A stretch of 64,000 bases of DNA from Okamejei kenojei. Lineage: Eukaryota. Below are positions 50,124-64,000 of the stretch, piece after piece; positions within the stretch are counted from its first letter, which is position 1; each line of letters opens with the position of its first letter. Where the stretch lies: the NCBI GenBank assembly GCA_035221665.1, contig CM069142.1, forward strand, positions 34,410,001-34,474,000. Reading direction: 5' to 3'. A program made the position numbers and the translations under genes. The notes beneath the pieces were generated by a model, which did not search any database, was not told where the DNA came from, and was given only the letters and a program-made list of their open reading frames with translations.

Positions 50124-50445
50124 AAGCCATGTCCCACTGTACGAGTTCATTCAAGAGCTCTCCCGAGTTAAAAAAAAAAAAAATCAAACTTGTGGAAGTA
50201 CGTAGAGTGTACGTAGCGGGTACGTCGGAGCTCGGGGACGTCTCTTAGCGGCTCATAACGCTAACGGCAGGTACTCGGGGAAACGCGGTAAGCTCCGGAA
50301 GACTCGTGAAGATTTTTCAACATGTTGAAAAATGTCCACGAGAGCCCCGAGTACCTATGAGCGGCCATTACCATAAATCTCCGAGTTCGAATCAGGGCAC
50401 ACTCGGGAGAGCTCTTGAATGAACTCGTGCAGTGGGACAGGGCTT
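50124..50445. mobile_element. MITE with long TIRs (PIF/Harbinger-like), inserted in a minus-strand V-SINE
   Basis: ~44-bp TIR AAGCCATGTCCCACTGTACGAGTTCATTCAAGAGCTCTCCCGAG and its complement; TA/TAA flanks. Confidence 0.75.
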
Positions 50446-50811
50446 TAAGGCAACACCTCTCCAGTTGTGCCACCGTGCTGCCCTAGTTGTCGAGATCAGT
50501 TGTGGATTCTGTAGATCAGGATGAGAGAACTCATTATGTTGTTGTGTACAGCAGGCTGCTGGAACTGGAATTTCTTGCTTCAAGAGCGGACTGACATGTG
50601 CATTAAACTCAGAAGAGGGAGTGGCAGTCAAGAAATCTGACAAAGGTTACCTTTAGAAAAAGGCACAAAATGCTGGAGTAACTCAGCGGATCAGGCAGAA
50701 TCTCTGGAGAATATGGGTATATGACGTTTAGAGCCGGGACACTTCTTCACATTCTGATCAGTCTGAAGTTCCTTGTTTCTGAAGATCACCTTAACCAAGT
50801 TAACTTAAACA

Positions 50812-51115
50812 CAGTGGCATAGCTGGTGGAGCTGCTGCCTCACAATGCTTGAGATCCGGGTTCGATCCTGACCTCGGGTGCTGTCTATGTGTGAGGTTTG
50901 CACGTTCTCACTGCGACTGCCTGGGTTTCCTCCAGCTGCACTGGGTTCCTCCCACATCCCAAAGATGTGCAGGTTTGTAGGTTAATTGGCCCTGTGTAAA
51001 TCACCCCTGGTGTGTAGGGAGTGGATGAGAAAGTGGGATAACATTGAACTGGTGTGAACGTGTGATGTATGGCCAGCGTGGACTCGGTGGGTCAAAGGGC
51101 CTGTCTATCTAAACT
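50812..51115 (+). mobile_element. HE1/V-SINE
   Basis: A/B-box head, V-domain and tail. Confidence 0.75.
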
Positions 51116-51917
51116 GAACAATCGCTCAAAGAAAAGTATGAAATGTTTACAATGAGGAGGTACAGGTGACAATATACATTAGGGGAAGATGATAGGAAGT
51201 TGTATCTTAACTTTTAGGAATAGATTGTTTAGTTTCAAGTTTAGTTTATAGATATTTAAAATATAACACCAGAATGTCAAATGGAGACACAAGGAATTGC
51301 AGATGCTGGAATTGTGAATAAAACAGCAGGTTAGTTCCCAGAGATCCTTTAGCAGTTTGTGTTTTTTACCAAAATGTCATAATTTGTTTTAGACTTTAGA
51401 GATACAGCGCGGAAACAGGCCCTACGGCCCACCGACTCAGAGGTTGTCAGAGGGTATGGGGAGAAGGCAGGAGAATTGGATTAGGAGGGAGAGATAGATC
51501 AGCCATGATTGAATGGTGGAGTAGACTTGATGGGCAGAATAGCCTAATTCTATTTCTTGTGACCTTATGACTCGACACTGACCAGCGATCGCCCTGTGCA
51601 CTAGCACTATCCTGCACACTGGGGACAATTTACAACTTACAGAAACCAATTACCCTCCAAACCTGAACCTCTTTGGAGGAGGGGTGGGGGGAAACCAGAG
51701 CACCCGAAGAAAACCCACGTGGTCACGGGGAGAACGTACAAACTCCGTACGGACAGCACCCATTGTCAGCATCAAACCTGGTCTCTACCGCTGCGCCACT
51801 GTGACGAACATTTTTGGCGGCATTTTATTTGCTGCTTGTTTAATTTACATATGGTCCCGATCTTTCCCTCCTGGAAACAAGGTCTCAAGATTAATATTAA
51901 AGACACATGGAGGCATC

Positions 51918-52355
51918 AAATACATGTTACTGATAACCTTTACAAAGTTAAATTGAAGTTTGAACTCTTTACACTTAAAATCGAGGTCTCTGAGTTTGAG
52001 GTAAGGTGTCTCGTTTCCTCTATTATTCTGCTGATATCGGCAGGGTTGAGGTCACAAATGTCTTGCAGCTGAGGTTTAGCACTTGATCCAATGACCTTCG
52101 GAAGCCACTTCCCGTTGCACTAACTCATTAGATTATTGAGTACATTACAATGAATGAAGATAATATCAAATGAAGCAAACTTGCATCCATCTCTGCAGCC
52201 ATCCAATTGCTTGTGAGAGTCAGAGACATGCAGCACGGAACAGGCCCTTCAGCCCAACCTGTCCATGCCGACCAATATGACCCATCTAAGCTTGCCCCAT
52301 ATGCCTGCATTTGGCCCATATCCCTCTACACCTGCATTGTACGTACCTAAATATT
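51918..52355. repeat. 438-bp direct repeat, left copy (flanks L1)
   Basis: Matches 57922-58359 with about 2 substitutions by eye. Confidence 0.9.
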
Positions 52356-55300
52356 TTAAAAATGCTAAAACATTGTATTGTGCAAGTATAAAAGAACAAT
52401 TGATAATTTTAAAAACAAATTGAATATTAAAGAAATTTTGAAAAGTCTTAAAACAGAGATTAAAGAAGATTTCTTAGAGTTTGAAAATAAAATGACTAAT
52501 CTTGTGCGTACGAAAGTGACTAACATGAAGGAGGAAATGTCAGCAAATTTCGACTTACAAATTAATGAAGTATACGAGAAAATTAAGTCGAATGAAACCA
52601 ACACTAATGATAATCTGGAAGCGACCTTCACTAAAATGCAGCAACAAATGGAGAAACAGGCTGACGCCATAACTCATCTGGAAGTAACAAGAGAGACACT
52701 CCTTGCCGAGAACAAGCATTTATCAGATTTACTGCTTAAAGTAACTGAAAAATGCATTGACTTGGAGGGCCGTCAGAGAAGACAGAATCTGAGAATCGTG
52801 GGCGTTCATGGGGGTAAAGAAGGAAATAAAGATCTCTGTGACTTTGCTGCAGACTTATTAAAAACAGTCTTGAATTTAGACCAAAAGCCCTTGTGATAGT
52901 GAAGGTCCAATATGATCACGTGTTGGAGGATATCATGAAAAAAATTGCTGGCACAAGAAATCTTATGTTTGATGGAGACAAAATAAGCATATTTCGAGAT
53001 TACCCTGCAGAGGTGGTCAGAAGGAGAGCATTATTCAACAAGACAAGAGGGATTCTAAAGAAGATAGACAACTTGAAATATGGATTGCTGTACCCCGCAA
53101 GACTGCGAGTCACTTATCTGCAGAAGGAACATTTTTTCACTGATCACAAGAAAGCACTGGCGTATGCCCAGAAGATTGTGGGTTCGAGAGAGGATTGAAT
53201 AATTTACATATAATACCGTCATCTTGCTGAGAACAAATGGAACTTTAATTCGTTATATTCAAGGACTATTGAAAGCTGATAACGACAATCGTGCTGTCCC
53301 TCCTGTTAGGGACATATTATTTTTTAAATATTTAGTACTAATTTTTACTAACAATTACTAAACATCAAAAACACTTGTTATTATTATTGGAATAATTAGT
53401 TAAAAACATGATATGTTAAATATAAAAAACCAACAAAGAAAAAGTTATAATTTAGATATCTTATTAATTGAATTTGTGATGTTCACCCTTTATCTACATT
53501 AGACTAACACTTGATTAATAACTAACCAAGAGAGTAATAGTCTCTCACTATATGATTACCAATACTCTGGTCCAAAATAGTTTTAATATAATCCCGTAAA
53601 TTACTCGTATTCAAATTTTTCTTGTAAGCATGGAGCTAGGAATAAATATTTTTTTTTAATCTACGGAAGTCTTTAGATGGACAGCCACATTAGCGTGGCT
53701 AGCACTAACTACACTAAATTTAGATGTAGTTTCTTCTTTCTTTTCACATTTTATTAATTTTCTATTTTTTTACTTTTTGTATTTTTTACCTAATTATTAT
53801 ATTAATCTTGAATTTATTTACAAATATTATTTGTGGAGGTGTGTCCATGAGGAGGATTTATATGAATTAGATTTACAACTCGTCTGTCCAGTGTTCGGGT
53901 GGAAGGTCGGGTCTACGGTGCTGACCTATCTGCTCTTTTATAGACCACCCTAAAAAGCAAGATGCAAGACGTAAATAGAAAAAACGGGGGTCAAGGAATT
54001 ACGTTTTGTAGTTGGAATGTCAAGGGAGTTAATGAGCCAATCAAGAGAGGTAAGGTATTAGCACACTTAAAATCACTCAAAGCAGATATAGCGTTCCTTC
54101 AAGAGACTCACCTTTAAAAAGATACACAACATAGATTGAAAGCAAAATGGATCGCTGAAACATATCACTCTTCATTTTCCCATAAGGCAAGAGGTGTCGC
54201 AATTTTAATTCGTAATTAAAATTTTAAACCTTTTAAACACATATCAACTATAGCGGACATCAATGGTAGATATATTATACTAGTGGGTGAATTATATTTT
54301 AAAAAAAAAAGATTTTTCTCAATGTTTATGGACCAATTTTGATAATCCAATGTTTTTTAAGAATATACTTAATACCATTCCGGAGCTCACACAACATAAT
54401 TTGATAATTGGTGGAGATTTAAATTGTACATTAGATTCCTATCTCGATAGATCAACAAGACAAAGAAAAGCAAAATCCAAATCAAGTGAATTATTAAACT
54501 CGTATATTAATGCCACCAATATCAAGGATGTTTGGAGAATTGAAAATCCATCCGGAAGGGAATACTCATTTTACTCTTCAGTACATAAAACTTATTCAAG
54601 GATAGACTACTTTTTAGTAGATTCTAAACTCATCCCATTTACTTATAATTTGAAATATCATAATATTATAATTTCGGATCATGCTCCTTTAACATTCATG
54701 ATCAAACTAAGTGGTATAACTGATAAGCAAACATAATGGAGACTTAATCCTCAAATTTTAAATGATAAAGCATGCTATGAATATCTTATCAAACAGATAA
54801 ATATGTTTTTTGAGACACATGACTGCCCTGAAATTTCTGCCTCCCTTTTTTGGGAAACATTTAAAGTATTTATGCGAGGAACGTTAATCTCCGCACAAGC
54901 CTTTTGTAATAAAGAGAACTGCGCTAAACAACTGGTATTGGAAATGGAAATAAGACAATTAGATATGGAAAATGCAATTGCGCCTTCTATAATAATACAT
55001 AATAAAATTGCTGTACTCAAATATAAGTTAAACCAAATATACTCGGACCAATTCATAAAGTTTTATCAAAAGACTAAACAGTTACACTTTGAATTTGGAG
55101 ATAAACCACAAAAATTACTGGCACGCCAACTCCGGAAACAGGAAGGGGAAAAAACAATATATAAAATTAAATCAGATACGGGAGAAATATTAACACTACC
55201 CAAGGATATTAATGATAGATTCTCTCAATACTATCAAACACTTTATTCAACCAAAACGGCAGGGGGATTCTGTAGGAATGGAATTATTCTTGCAGAATTG

Positions 55301-57921
55301 TAACCTTACTGGTTTAGATTTGAAAGAGAGGGAATTATTAGGGGCCGAAATATCAGTAAAAGATATTGAGGAATCTATTAATTCTTTAAAAAATGGAAAG
55401 GCCGCTAGACCAGATGGTTTAAATAGTGAATTTTATTAAAAAAATCATGACTTGATCTCTCCACGCCTATAGACATTATATACTCAAGCATTCATGCAAC
55501 AGAAACTCCCAGAAACTTTAAATGAATCAACTATAATACTTATTCCAAAAATGGATAAGGACCTTGAAGATCCAGGTTCATATAGAGCAATTGCTCTATT
55601 AAACATCGATCAGAAATTTTAACCAAAATTTTAGCACACAGATTAAGCTTAGTGATTTATAAATTAATACACCCCGATCAAACTGGCTTTATTCCAAAAC
55701 GTTATTCATATTATAATCTGAGATGATTATTCAACATTATATACTCAAATCGAATAGCTGATGAAGACTTAGCAGTCATCTCGCTAGACACTGAGAAAGC
55801 ATTCGATCAAATTGAATGGCCCTATTTATTTTCGGTGATGGAAAAATTTCCATTAGTTGAGAAGTTTTTGTACATGGGTTAAGCTTTTATATACCAATCC
55901 AACAGCCAGAATAATGACAAATCAAATGTTATCAAAAAAAATTGATTTATCTAAAGGTTGTAGACAAGGATGCCCGTTATCACCGTTACTATTCGCGCTT
56001 GTTATAGAACCACTAGCAGAAAGAATTCGAGCTCATCCAGAAATATATGGGTATAATACTAAAAATACAGTTAATAAAATTTCTCTATATGCAGATGATG
56101 TATTACTATATATTACAAATCCAGAAATTAGTATTCCCTAACCTGTTAAATCTTATAACTCAATTTGGTTTATTCTCGGGATATAGAATCAACTGGAAGA
56201 AGAGTGAGATTATGCCAATAATGGAACCTAATTTATATATATTGCAACAATCGCCTTTTAAAAATAGTGAATGAAAAATTTAAATACTTAGGAATCTATG
56301 TGACCAAGAAATATACTTCTTTATTTAAATCAAATTTTGTGCCTTTACTTAATAAATTGCATAAGAATATTCAATATTGGAAAACGCTTCCTATTTCAAT
56401 GCTCGGTAAAATTAATGCAATTAAAATGATTTTCCTTCCTCAACTTCTATACCTCTTCCAATCAATTCCAATATACCTCCCTAAAAATTTATTTTTAAAA
56501 ATTGACTCTATTGTAACAAGTTTTATTTGGAATTATAAGAATCACAGAATAAGTAAAAAACACTTATGTAAATCTAAGACGAACGGAGGATTAGTCTTAC
56601 CAAATTTCTTATTTTATTTCTGGGCAGTCAATGTCAAAAACTTAAATTTCTGGTTGGAAGATATGGATCACCAACCAGACTGGTTATTTGCTGGCCATTT
56701 GAAATTGGTCTGATTTTCCTATCCCCTACAAAATTGAATAAAAAGATCTATAGTGAAAATCCAATAATACATAGTGGTATTCGAATTTGGAAACAAATAA
56801 AAAAGACATTAAAATTGGATAATTTATCACTTTCGCTCCCTATTGCAAATAACCCTTCATTTAAGCCTTCGGTATTGGATAAAGGCTTTACACAATGGAA
56901 AAACTATGGAATTAAAAAGATGTGACATCTTTATAGAAAAGGTGTGTTCCTCTCGTTTCTGGAGGTACAACAGAATTATGGATTACATTCAAATAATTTT
57001 TTTAGATATTTACAATTGAAAGATTATGTTAAATCACATACACAAGAATACAGAATTAGAGATTCTAGATGAATGTTTGAATAAACATCCCAACACAGTC
57101 AAATTAATATCATATATTTATAATATTCTGTTAGATAGCGAGAATCCGTCAACGAAATCACATAGACAGGCATGGGAAAATGAATTAGTTCAACCCATAA
57201 TGAAAGATATTTGGGATGAAAGTCTACAACATATACATCAATGTTCGTTAAACGCCAGACATTCTTTAATACAATTTAAAATATTACACAGATTGCATTA
57301 TTCTAAAATAAAATTAAATAGATGTTTTCCTAATATCTCTCCTATCTGCGATAAATGTCAATACTCTGAGGCTAATTTAACCCATACCTTTGTAAATTGC
57401 ATAAAAATTAAAACATTCTGGGTGGATATTTTTAAAATTATCTCCGTAGTGGTTAATATTCAACTGGATCCCGATCCTAAATTAATAATATTGGGCATAT
57501 CTGAACAATACCTAAAACTGACAATAAACCAAAGAAATTTCCTGGATTATAGTATAATAACTGGGAAAAAACGAATATTAAAATTTTGGAAAAACCCTGC
57601 ATCCCCTACAATTAAAATGTGGATTATGGAGATGTCGGAGACCTTGAATCTGGAAAAAATTAGATTTGTCTTAATTGACAAACTGGAATTATTTATTAGA
57701 ATATGGTCGCCGTTCATAGATTATTTGAAGGGGTAGAATGGGCCAGCGCTGAGGCTCGACGGAAGCTTGAACCCAGGACTAGACGAATAGTTTTGTTTTC
57801 TTACCTACGGACCTATCTCCTAAGTTGTATTATGGATAGTTTATTTTATGTTTCTAAGTTTTTTTTTTTCTTTCTCTTTTTTTTCTATCTATTAAAAAAT
57901 AAAAAATAAATAAATAAATAA
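52356..57921 (+). mobile_element. L1 LINE (ORF1 ~52378-53198, ORF2 ~53962-57736), disrupted, in CD101 intron 1
   Basis: ORF1 coiled coil, DLEGRQRRQNLRIVG, YGLLYPARL; ORF2 SWNVKG, GGDLN, SRIDYF, SDHAP, RQGCPLSP, YADD; A/(AAAT)n tail. Confidence 0.88.
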
Positions 57922-58359
57922 AAATACATGTTACTGATAACCTTTACAAAGTTAAATTGAAGTTTGAACTCTTTACACTTAAAATCGAGGTCTCTGAGTT
58001 TGAGGTAAGGTGTCTCGTTTCCTCTATTATTCTGCTGATATCGGCAGGGTTGAGGTCACAAATGTCTTGCAGCTGAGGTTTAGCACTTGATCCAATGACC
58101 TTCGGAAGCCACTTCCCGTTGCACTAACTCATTAGATTATTGAGTACATTACAATGAATAAAGATAATATCAAATGAAGCAAACTTGCATCCATCTCTGC
58201 AGCCATCCAATTGCTTGTGAGAGTCAGAGACATGCAGCACGGAACAGGCCCTTCAGCCCAACCTGTCCATGCCGACCAATATGACCCATCTAAGCTTGCC
58301 CCATATGCCTGCATTTGGCCCATATCCCTCTAAACCTGCATTGTACGTACCTAAATATT
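57922..58359. repeat. 438-bp direct repeat, right copy
   Basis: Begins immediately after the L1 tail. Confidence 0.9.
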
Positions 58360-58954
58360 AAATTGCCCCTAGTGTGTAGGATAATGCTCGTGTATGGGGT
58401 GATTGCTGGTTGGCGTGGACTCCGTGGGCCGAAGAGCCTGTTTCCACGCTGTATCTCTAAACAAAACTAAAGCTGCATCATAATTTCCTGACTCTTATAC
58501 TCAGTGCCTCGACCGATGAAGGCGAACTTACCATATGCCTTCTTTACTAACATCTTTCAATACCCGAGCCCAATCCCAAGGTGTTCCATCACCTAGCATT
58601 TAATTAACACAGAAAACATTCAGGAGTGTCACAGGGCATCAGTTTAACTGTGTTGCTGCTTCTCAAATGTGTCTGATGAAGATTGAAGAGAATCATTTAA
58701 ATAAACTGCTTAGATATTTAACAAGAACACAGCATTAGATACCCATTAGATGGTCACAGTCTGCATCCCACTAGAAATCAAAGTTATTAGGAACATTGTC
58801 ATTATGAGCAGTTTGACTTAATTACCTACCTTTCTCCCGGTTGGCTACTGGGAGGTTTATTGAAGCTCGATATTCACTTCCCTGCTTTCCAGTGACTTTA
58901 CTTAACATACCAGTAACTATTACAAAATATTATCTTCATAAGAAACAAGATCAG

Positions 58955-59960
58955 GTTTAGTTCATGCAGACATACAAACCCATTGACTCCCACAACTATC
59001 TCGACTACATTTCCTCCCACCCTGCTTCCTGCAAAGACTCTATCCCCTACTCCCACTAGCCATATTTTCCCAGTTTCACGCCTTTCCGCCTTCCGCAGAG
59101 ACTGTTCCCTCCGCAACTCCCTGGTAAGCTCATCCCACCCAAACCACCCCCTCCCCAGGTACTTTCCCCTGAAACTGCAGAAGATGCAACACCTGTGGCT
59201 ATACCCCTCCCTCGATTCTGTCCAGGGACCCCAACAGTCCTTTCAGGTTAGGCAGAGGTTCACTTGCACCTCCTCCAACCTCATCTACTGTATCCGTTGT
59301 TCAAGATGTGGACTCTTAAACATCGGTGAGACCAAACGCAGTCTGGGCGATCGTTTCGCGGAACACCTTCGCTCAGCCCACGTGAACCAACCTGATCTCC
59401 CAGTTGCCGGACACTTTAATTCTCCTTCCCATTCCCACACAGACCTTTCTGTCCTCGGTCTCCCCCATTGTCAGAGTGAGGCTAAACGCAAATTGGAGGA
59501 ACAGCATCTTATATTTTGCTTGGGCAGCTTACAGCCCAATGGTATGAATATTGATTTCTCTCACTTCAGGTAGCTCCGGCATTCCCTCTCTATATATCCC
59601 TCTCTCACCCAAATCACACTAGCTTCTCATTTCACCCTACAAACTGTTGCCTTTATCATTGTTACTTTTTTGCATATCTTTCATTCATTGTTCTTTATCT
59701 CTCCATATGGTGGATGTTAAATATGTGTTTATTGTGTGTTTTGTTATTTACTATATGTATGACTGCAGGCAACGAAATTTCGTTCAGACCGCAAGGTCTG
59801 AATGACAATAAAGTTTTCCAAGTTCCATATCGTCTATATCTCTCGTTTCCCTTATCCCTAACCGGTCTGAAGAAGGTTCTCGACCCGAAGCATCACCCAT
59901 TCCTTCTCTCAGAGATGCTGCCTGTCCTGCTGAATTACTTCAGCTTTTTGTGTCTATCTT
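58955..59960 (+). mobile_element. Penelope-like element 3' part (GIY-YIG endonuclease and hammerhead-bearing 3' region)
   Basis: FTCTSSNLIYCIRCSRCGLLNIGETKRSLGDRFAEH...VAGHFN...EQHLIFCLGSLQPNGMN; decayed hammerhead-like motif at ~59867-59895. Confidence 0.8.
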
Positions 59961-60319
59961 AGTTCATGTAGAAGTCTCTTCCCCAGCCAACAATGTGCCA
60001 TTATGGGTTCCTCTCTTCCTTGGTCATCTGCTACCGGCCCTGATTTGTTCTGGCCTTTTCCTACCTCCAGTTCCTCCCCCTTTATTTTCAGTCTAATGAA
60101 GGGTCTTGACCCGAAACGTCACCTATCCTTTTTCTCCAGAGATGCTACCTGACCCGTTGAGTTAATCCAGCACTTTGTGTATTTTAAGGTTTATCTTTGT
60201 TGGATTTGCTCACCAATACCACAGCACACGAGGCAAATATTCAGTGATCAGTTGTTAAATAAGCCTTTTTTAAATTTATTCCACATTTTTTAAAAATTGT
60301 TTTAGAATTCCATCAGTGT

Positions 60320-60595
60320 AACAGTGGCGCAGCGGTAGATCTGCTGCCGCACAACACCAGAGATCCTGGTTCGATCCTGACCTTGGGTGTTGTCTGTGTG
60401 TGGAGTTTGCACGTTCTCCCTGAAACTGCATGGGTTTCCTCCACATCCTGAAGACGTGCAGGTTTGTAGGTTAATTGGCCCTCTGTAAATTGCCCCTAGT
60501 GTGCAGAATAGAACTAGTGCACGGGTGATCAATGGTCGTTGCAGACTCACTGGGCCTAAGGGCCTATTTCCATGCTGTATCTCTAAACTAAACTA
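60320..60595 (+). mobile_element. HE1/V-SINE
   Basis: GTGGCGCAGCGG...GGTTCGATCC head and V-domain. Confidence 0.75.
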
Positions 60596-60732
60596 ATTGT
60601 ATCTATATAGATTCTGGATAAGTTGTTGTCTTGCTTTTTTAGAATAAAGTTCCACTTGCGTTGGAATGATTTTGTGAGGGAATCGAGAAAGCATACAGCT
60701 GTAGTTCCTCACCTATTTATTTCTGGTTACAG

Positions 60733-61110
60733 AGACGTGTATCGCTCAAAGGCAGGTGATATTACCAGAAGGGCCCCTTGTTCGGGCCGAAGGGCGTCAC
60801 ATCACGATTGAGTGTGAGGTGCAGGGAACACAGCCGTCGCAAGAGCAGAGCTTCGAGTGGTCTGTCATCCTCCCGGAGAGGCCCACGTGGAAGATTCAGA
60901 TCATCAGCACTCATGATCCTGACTACACATACGCCATGTACAGCCAAAGAGTGAAGTCTGGGGAGATCTACGTGGAGAGAATCACAAGCATCTCTGTTCG
61001 GCTACACATCACCAACCTGCGGAAGAGCGATGAAGGCATGTACGAGTGCCACACCCCCAACATGGAGGAGATATACTGGGGATCTTACAATGCATTAATA
61101 AAGTTAACAG
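60733..61110 (+). CDS. CD101: CD101/IGSF2-like exon 2 (Ig V domain 1)
   Basis: AG/GT-bounded, phase 1. AQRQVILPEGPLVRAEG...QIISTHD...YAMYSQRVKSGEIYVER...YECHTPN...GSYNA matches domain 1 of CD101/IGSF3. Confidence 0.85.
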
Positions 61111-62014
61111 GTAGGTTACCTCTACTTTCTGTTCAGCTGTCGGGTCACACAGCGCATGGTGGAATAACGGTTAGACCGCATTGGGAGTATTACTCAACAA
61201 GTCAGGCAGTACCTGTGGAGAGAAAAACAGACTCAATATTTCAATATCTCCATTTACCCCAATCAGAATGTTATCCTCGGGTTTCCAGCATGAAGCAATC
61301 TGTAACGTTCTATTACAAAACTTCCCAGTATGTCGAATCGCAATATTGTGTAATTCTATTAAATGTTTTAAATCTAACAAAAAGTGCAGATAGATTCTTG
61401 TCAGCAAGTATGACTATGAGGTTTGTGAGACTGTACTGAGAAGGTAGGCATAGGTCTCAGTTATACAGCACAGAAACAGGCCCTTTGGCCCAACTCACAC
61501 ATGCCGACCAAGATGCGACTACATTTGGCCCATATCACTCTCAACCTATCTTGTCATCATACATGCCCAAATGTCTTTTAAATATTGTTCTTGTTCCTGC
61601 CTCAACGACCTACTTCGGCAGCTTGTTCCGTGTACTCACCACCCTCTGTGTGAAGAAGTTGCCCCTCAGGTTCCCATTAAATCTTTCTCCCCTCATCTTA
61701 AATCTATGTTCTCTGATTCTTGATTCCCCTACTCTGCGTAAAAGATTCCCTGTATTCACTTTATCTATTTCCCCTCATGATTTTATACACCTTTGTAAGA
61801 CCACCCCTCATCATCCTGCACTCCAAGGAATAAAGTCCGAACCTACCCATCCTCTCCCTATAACTCAGGCCGCCAAAGTCCTGGCAACATTCTCATAAAT
61901 CTTCTCTGCTCTCTTTCCAGGTCAATGACATACCTCCTACAGCAGGGTGAACAAAATTAAACAAAACACCGTATATAATCCATATGCTGCCTCACCAAGG
62001 TGTTGTGTGATTAG

Positions 62015-62330
62015 TTTAGAGATACTGCGTGGAAACATCCCGTTAGGCCGGCCGAGTCTATGCCAACCAGCGATCACCCATTTGTTCTATGCTATCCCAG
62101 TTTTGCATCCACTCCCTACACACTAGGGGCAATTTATAGAAGCCAATTAACCTACAAACCTGCACGTCTTTGGGATGTGGGAGGAAACCAGAGCACCTGG
62201 AGGAGACCCACACGGTTACAGGGAGTATGTGCAAACTCCACACAGACACCATCCATGGTCAGGATAAAATCCCTGAGGGTGTATGGCAGCAGCTCTACTG
62301 CTGCACCACTGTACCGCTCTAATGCCATTG
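62015..62330 (-). mobile_element. HE1/V-SINE
   Basis: Reverse complement of head, V-domain and tail. Confidence 0.7.
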
Positions 62331-62549
62331 TGCAGCTGTAACATAACCCCCAACCCTCTATGCACTTCTTGCAACAGACTGAAGGAGCTCGTCGGAGGAA
62401 AGCTGAGAATCACGCCCATTGGTGTGCTGCTTTCTTTTCCTAAAGGGCATTTGTGAAAAGGTTAACGAGACTGGTGTACTGAGCTTCAGATTTTGTAATA
62501 ATATTTTTATTATAAGTAATCCATCATAACAACGGTATAACAACTTTTC

Positions 62550-63100
62550 AAATACACAACCAACTTATTTCAATAAGTATACGAATGTTACAAGTGATTC
62601 TTATAAACTTCTATTTTTTTAGAAAGTAGAAAAAGAAAAGAATAGATTTTAATCAATAAAAATAGTGATTAAATAATAATTTTGATATAGAAGAAGAGAG
62701 AAGAAAAAAAAATGTATATATTCTTGTTATATGTATTTAATTAAAACAAAGTATTATATATATTAAAAAAAAGAGAGATTATAGTATGCATCTTAATAGT
62801 GAATAACACAATTTCAAATAGCAATGTCAATAGAGACATGTATACAAATCAAAAAGACAAACAGAAAGTTATTTTCATCTGATCCTGCCGGGTTCCCATT
62901 GAGTTGTGATGCCAAGAACAGCTACCCCTTCAAATATTCTGTATATGGAGACCATATCTGTTCAAATTGACTGATATTTACTTGAATAAATCTACACTTC
63001 AGATTTATTCAAGTGTAGCCTAATTCCTGCGTACCACCTACACACAAACACTTTCCACTCGGAATCCCAAGAGCAACATTTCTATCCAATTTAGGATTAT
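62550..63100 (-). mobile_element. Old L1 3' fragment
   Basis: Minus strand FEQIWSPYTEYLKG resembles the ORF2 end FIRIWSPFIDYLKG of the L1 at 57736. Confidence 0.5.
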
Positions 63101-63635
63101 CATAGATCAAAAATGATAGTAGGATTAGGCTATTCGGCCCATCAAGTCTACTCCGTCATCAATCATGGCTCACATCACTCCCTCCTAACCCCATTCTCCT
63201 GCCTTCTCCCCATAACCTCTGACAGCAATACCAATCAAGAATCTATTTATCTCTGCCTTAAATGTATCCATTTGCTATTATACAATGGCAAGACACCGTA
63301 TGGCCTATCAGTGTCTTGAGCCAAGAGAAATAGGACAGGAATAATTGGCTTGAAGTATGATGAGGGTTTGACGGCACTGGGCCAGCATTCGCTGTTTAGA
63401 AGGATGAAAGGGGATGTCATTGAAACTTTCCAAATAGTGAAAGGCCGAGAAAGAGCAGATGCAGAGGGAAAGATAGATCAGACATGATTGAATGGCGGCG
63501 TAGATTTGATGGTCAAATGGCCTAATTCTGCTGCTATGACTAATGAACTTATCAGGGAACTACTGAGATCCTGTTTGTGCCTTGATATACGCGGTGTGAT
63601 GCCTTCAAGTGATTCTAAGACATGTCTTTCTCTAG

Positions 63636-64000
63636 TTATTCCAGATACACTGAGTGCAACATTGGTGCCTCAGGTCATCAATAAGGTGGAAGGCGATTCG
63701 CTGGAGCTGGTCTGCGAGGTATCCAAACAAACGCCGTACCACACGCATGTGGCCGTCACATGGTACCTGGAGAAGGGAGGTCAGGCGGTCCAGGTCATCG
63801 CTCTATCGCAAGATTTCATCCTGAGTGCAGGAGAGCTGTACAAGCAAAGGCAGGAGTCGGGAGACGTGAGATTGGACAAGATGGGTGCCACCTCGTTCCG
63901 GCTCACCGTCCACAAGTTACAGAGGTCCGAGCAGGGGCAGTTTCACTGCCAGAGTGTGGAGTGGATGCAAGATCCAGACAAATCCTGGCAGGAGCTGTCT
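63636..64000 (+). CDS. CD101: CD101/IGSF2-like exon 3 (Ig domain 2), runs off the window
   Basis: TCTAG acceptor; (V)IPDTLSATLVPQ...LVCEVSK...HTHVAVTWYL...LSQDFIL...FRLTVHKLQRSEQGQFHCQSVEWMQDPD, close to CD101 IPDTLSAT...EWIQDPD. IGSF3 paralogy is not excluded. Confidence 0.85.

Noticed and set aside
61111-61439. C-terminal extension of the 227-aa ORF
   Set aside because: Read-through into the intron past the GT donor at 61111, including repeat-derived sequence.

Overview
Vertebrate genomic DNA, very likely a cartilaginous fish (skate/ray, inferred from HE1/V-SINEs and the CR1, Rex1 and Penelope repeat content). Host genes are the last two coding exons of PTGFRN (EWI-F) at the start and the first three coding exons of a CD101/IGSF2-like gene from 46.9 kb to the end, both on +. 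The rest is dense, nested mobile DNA: a minus-strand non-autonomous ERV (tRNA-Pro PBS), a full-length 5'-inverted Tx1/Keno-like LINE with a U2-derived head, an L1 flanked by a 438-bp direct duplication, L2, CR1 and Rex1 LINEs, Penelope remnants, Helitron-like elements and MITEs. Most notable: a ~140-nt TSD-flanked short retroelement, present twice (8722 and 16721), begins exactly at the predicted cleavage-site G of a minimal HDV/CPEB3-type ribozyme fold. A second abundant short-element family carries a Penelope-type minimal hammerhead motif. All structures were read by eye; no database searches or folding computations were run.
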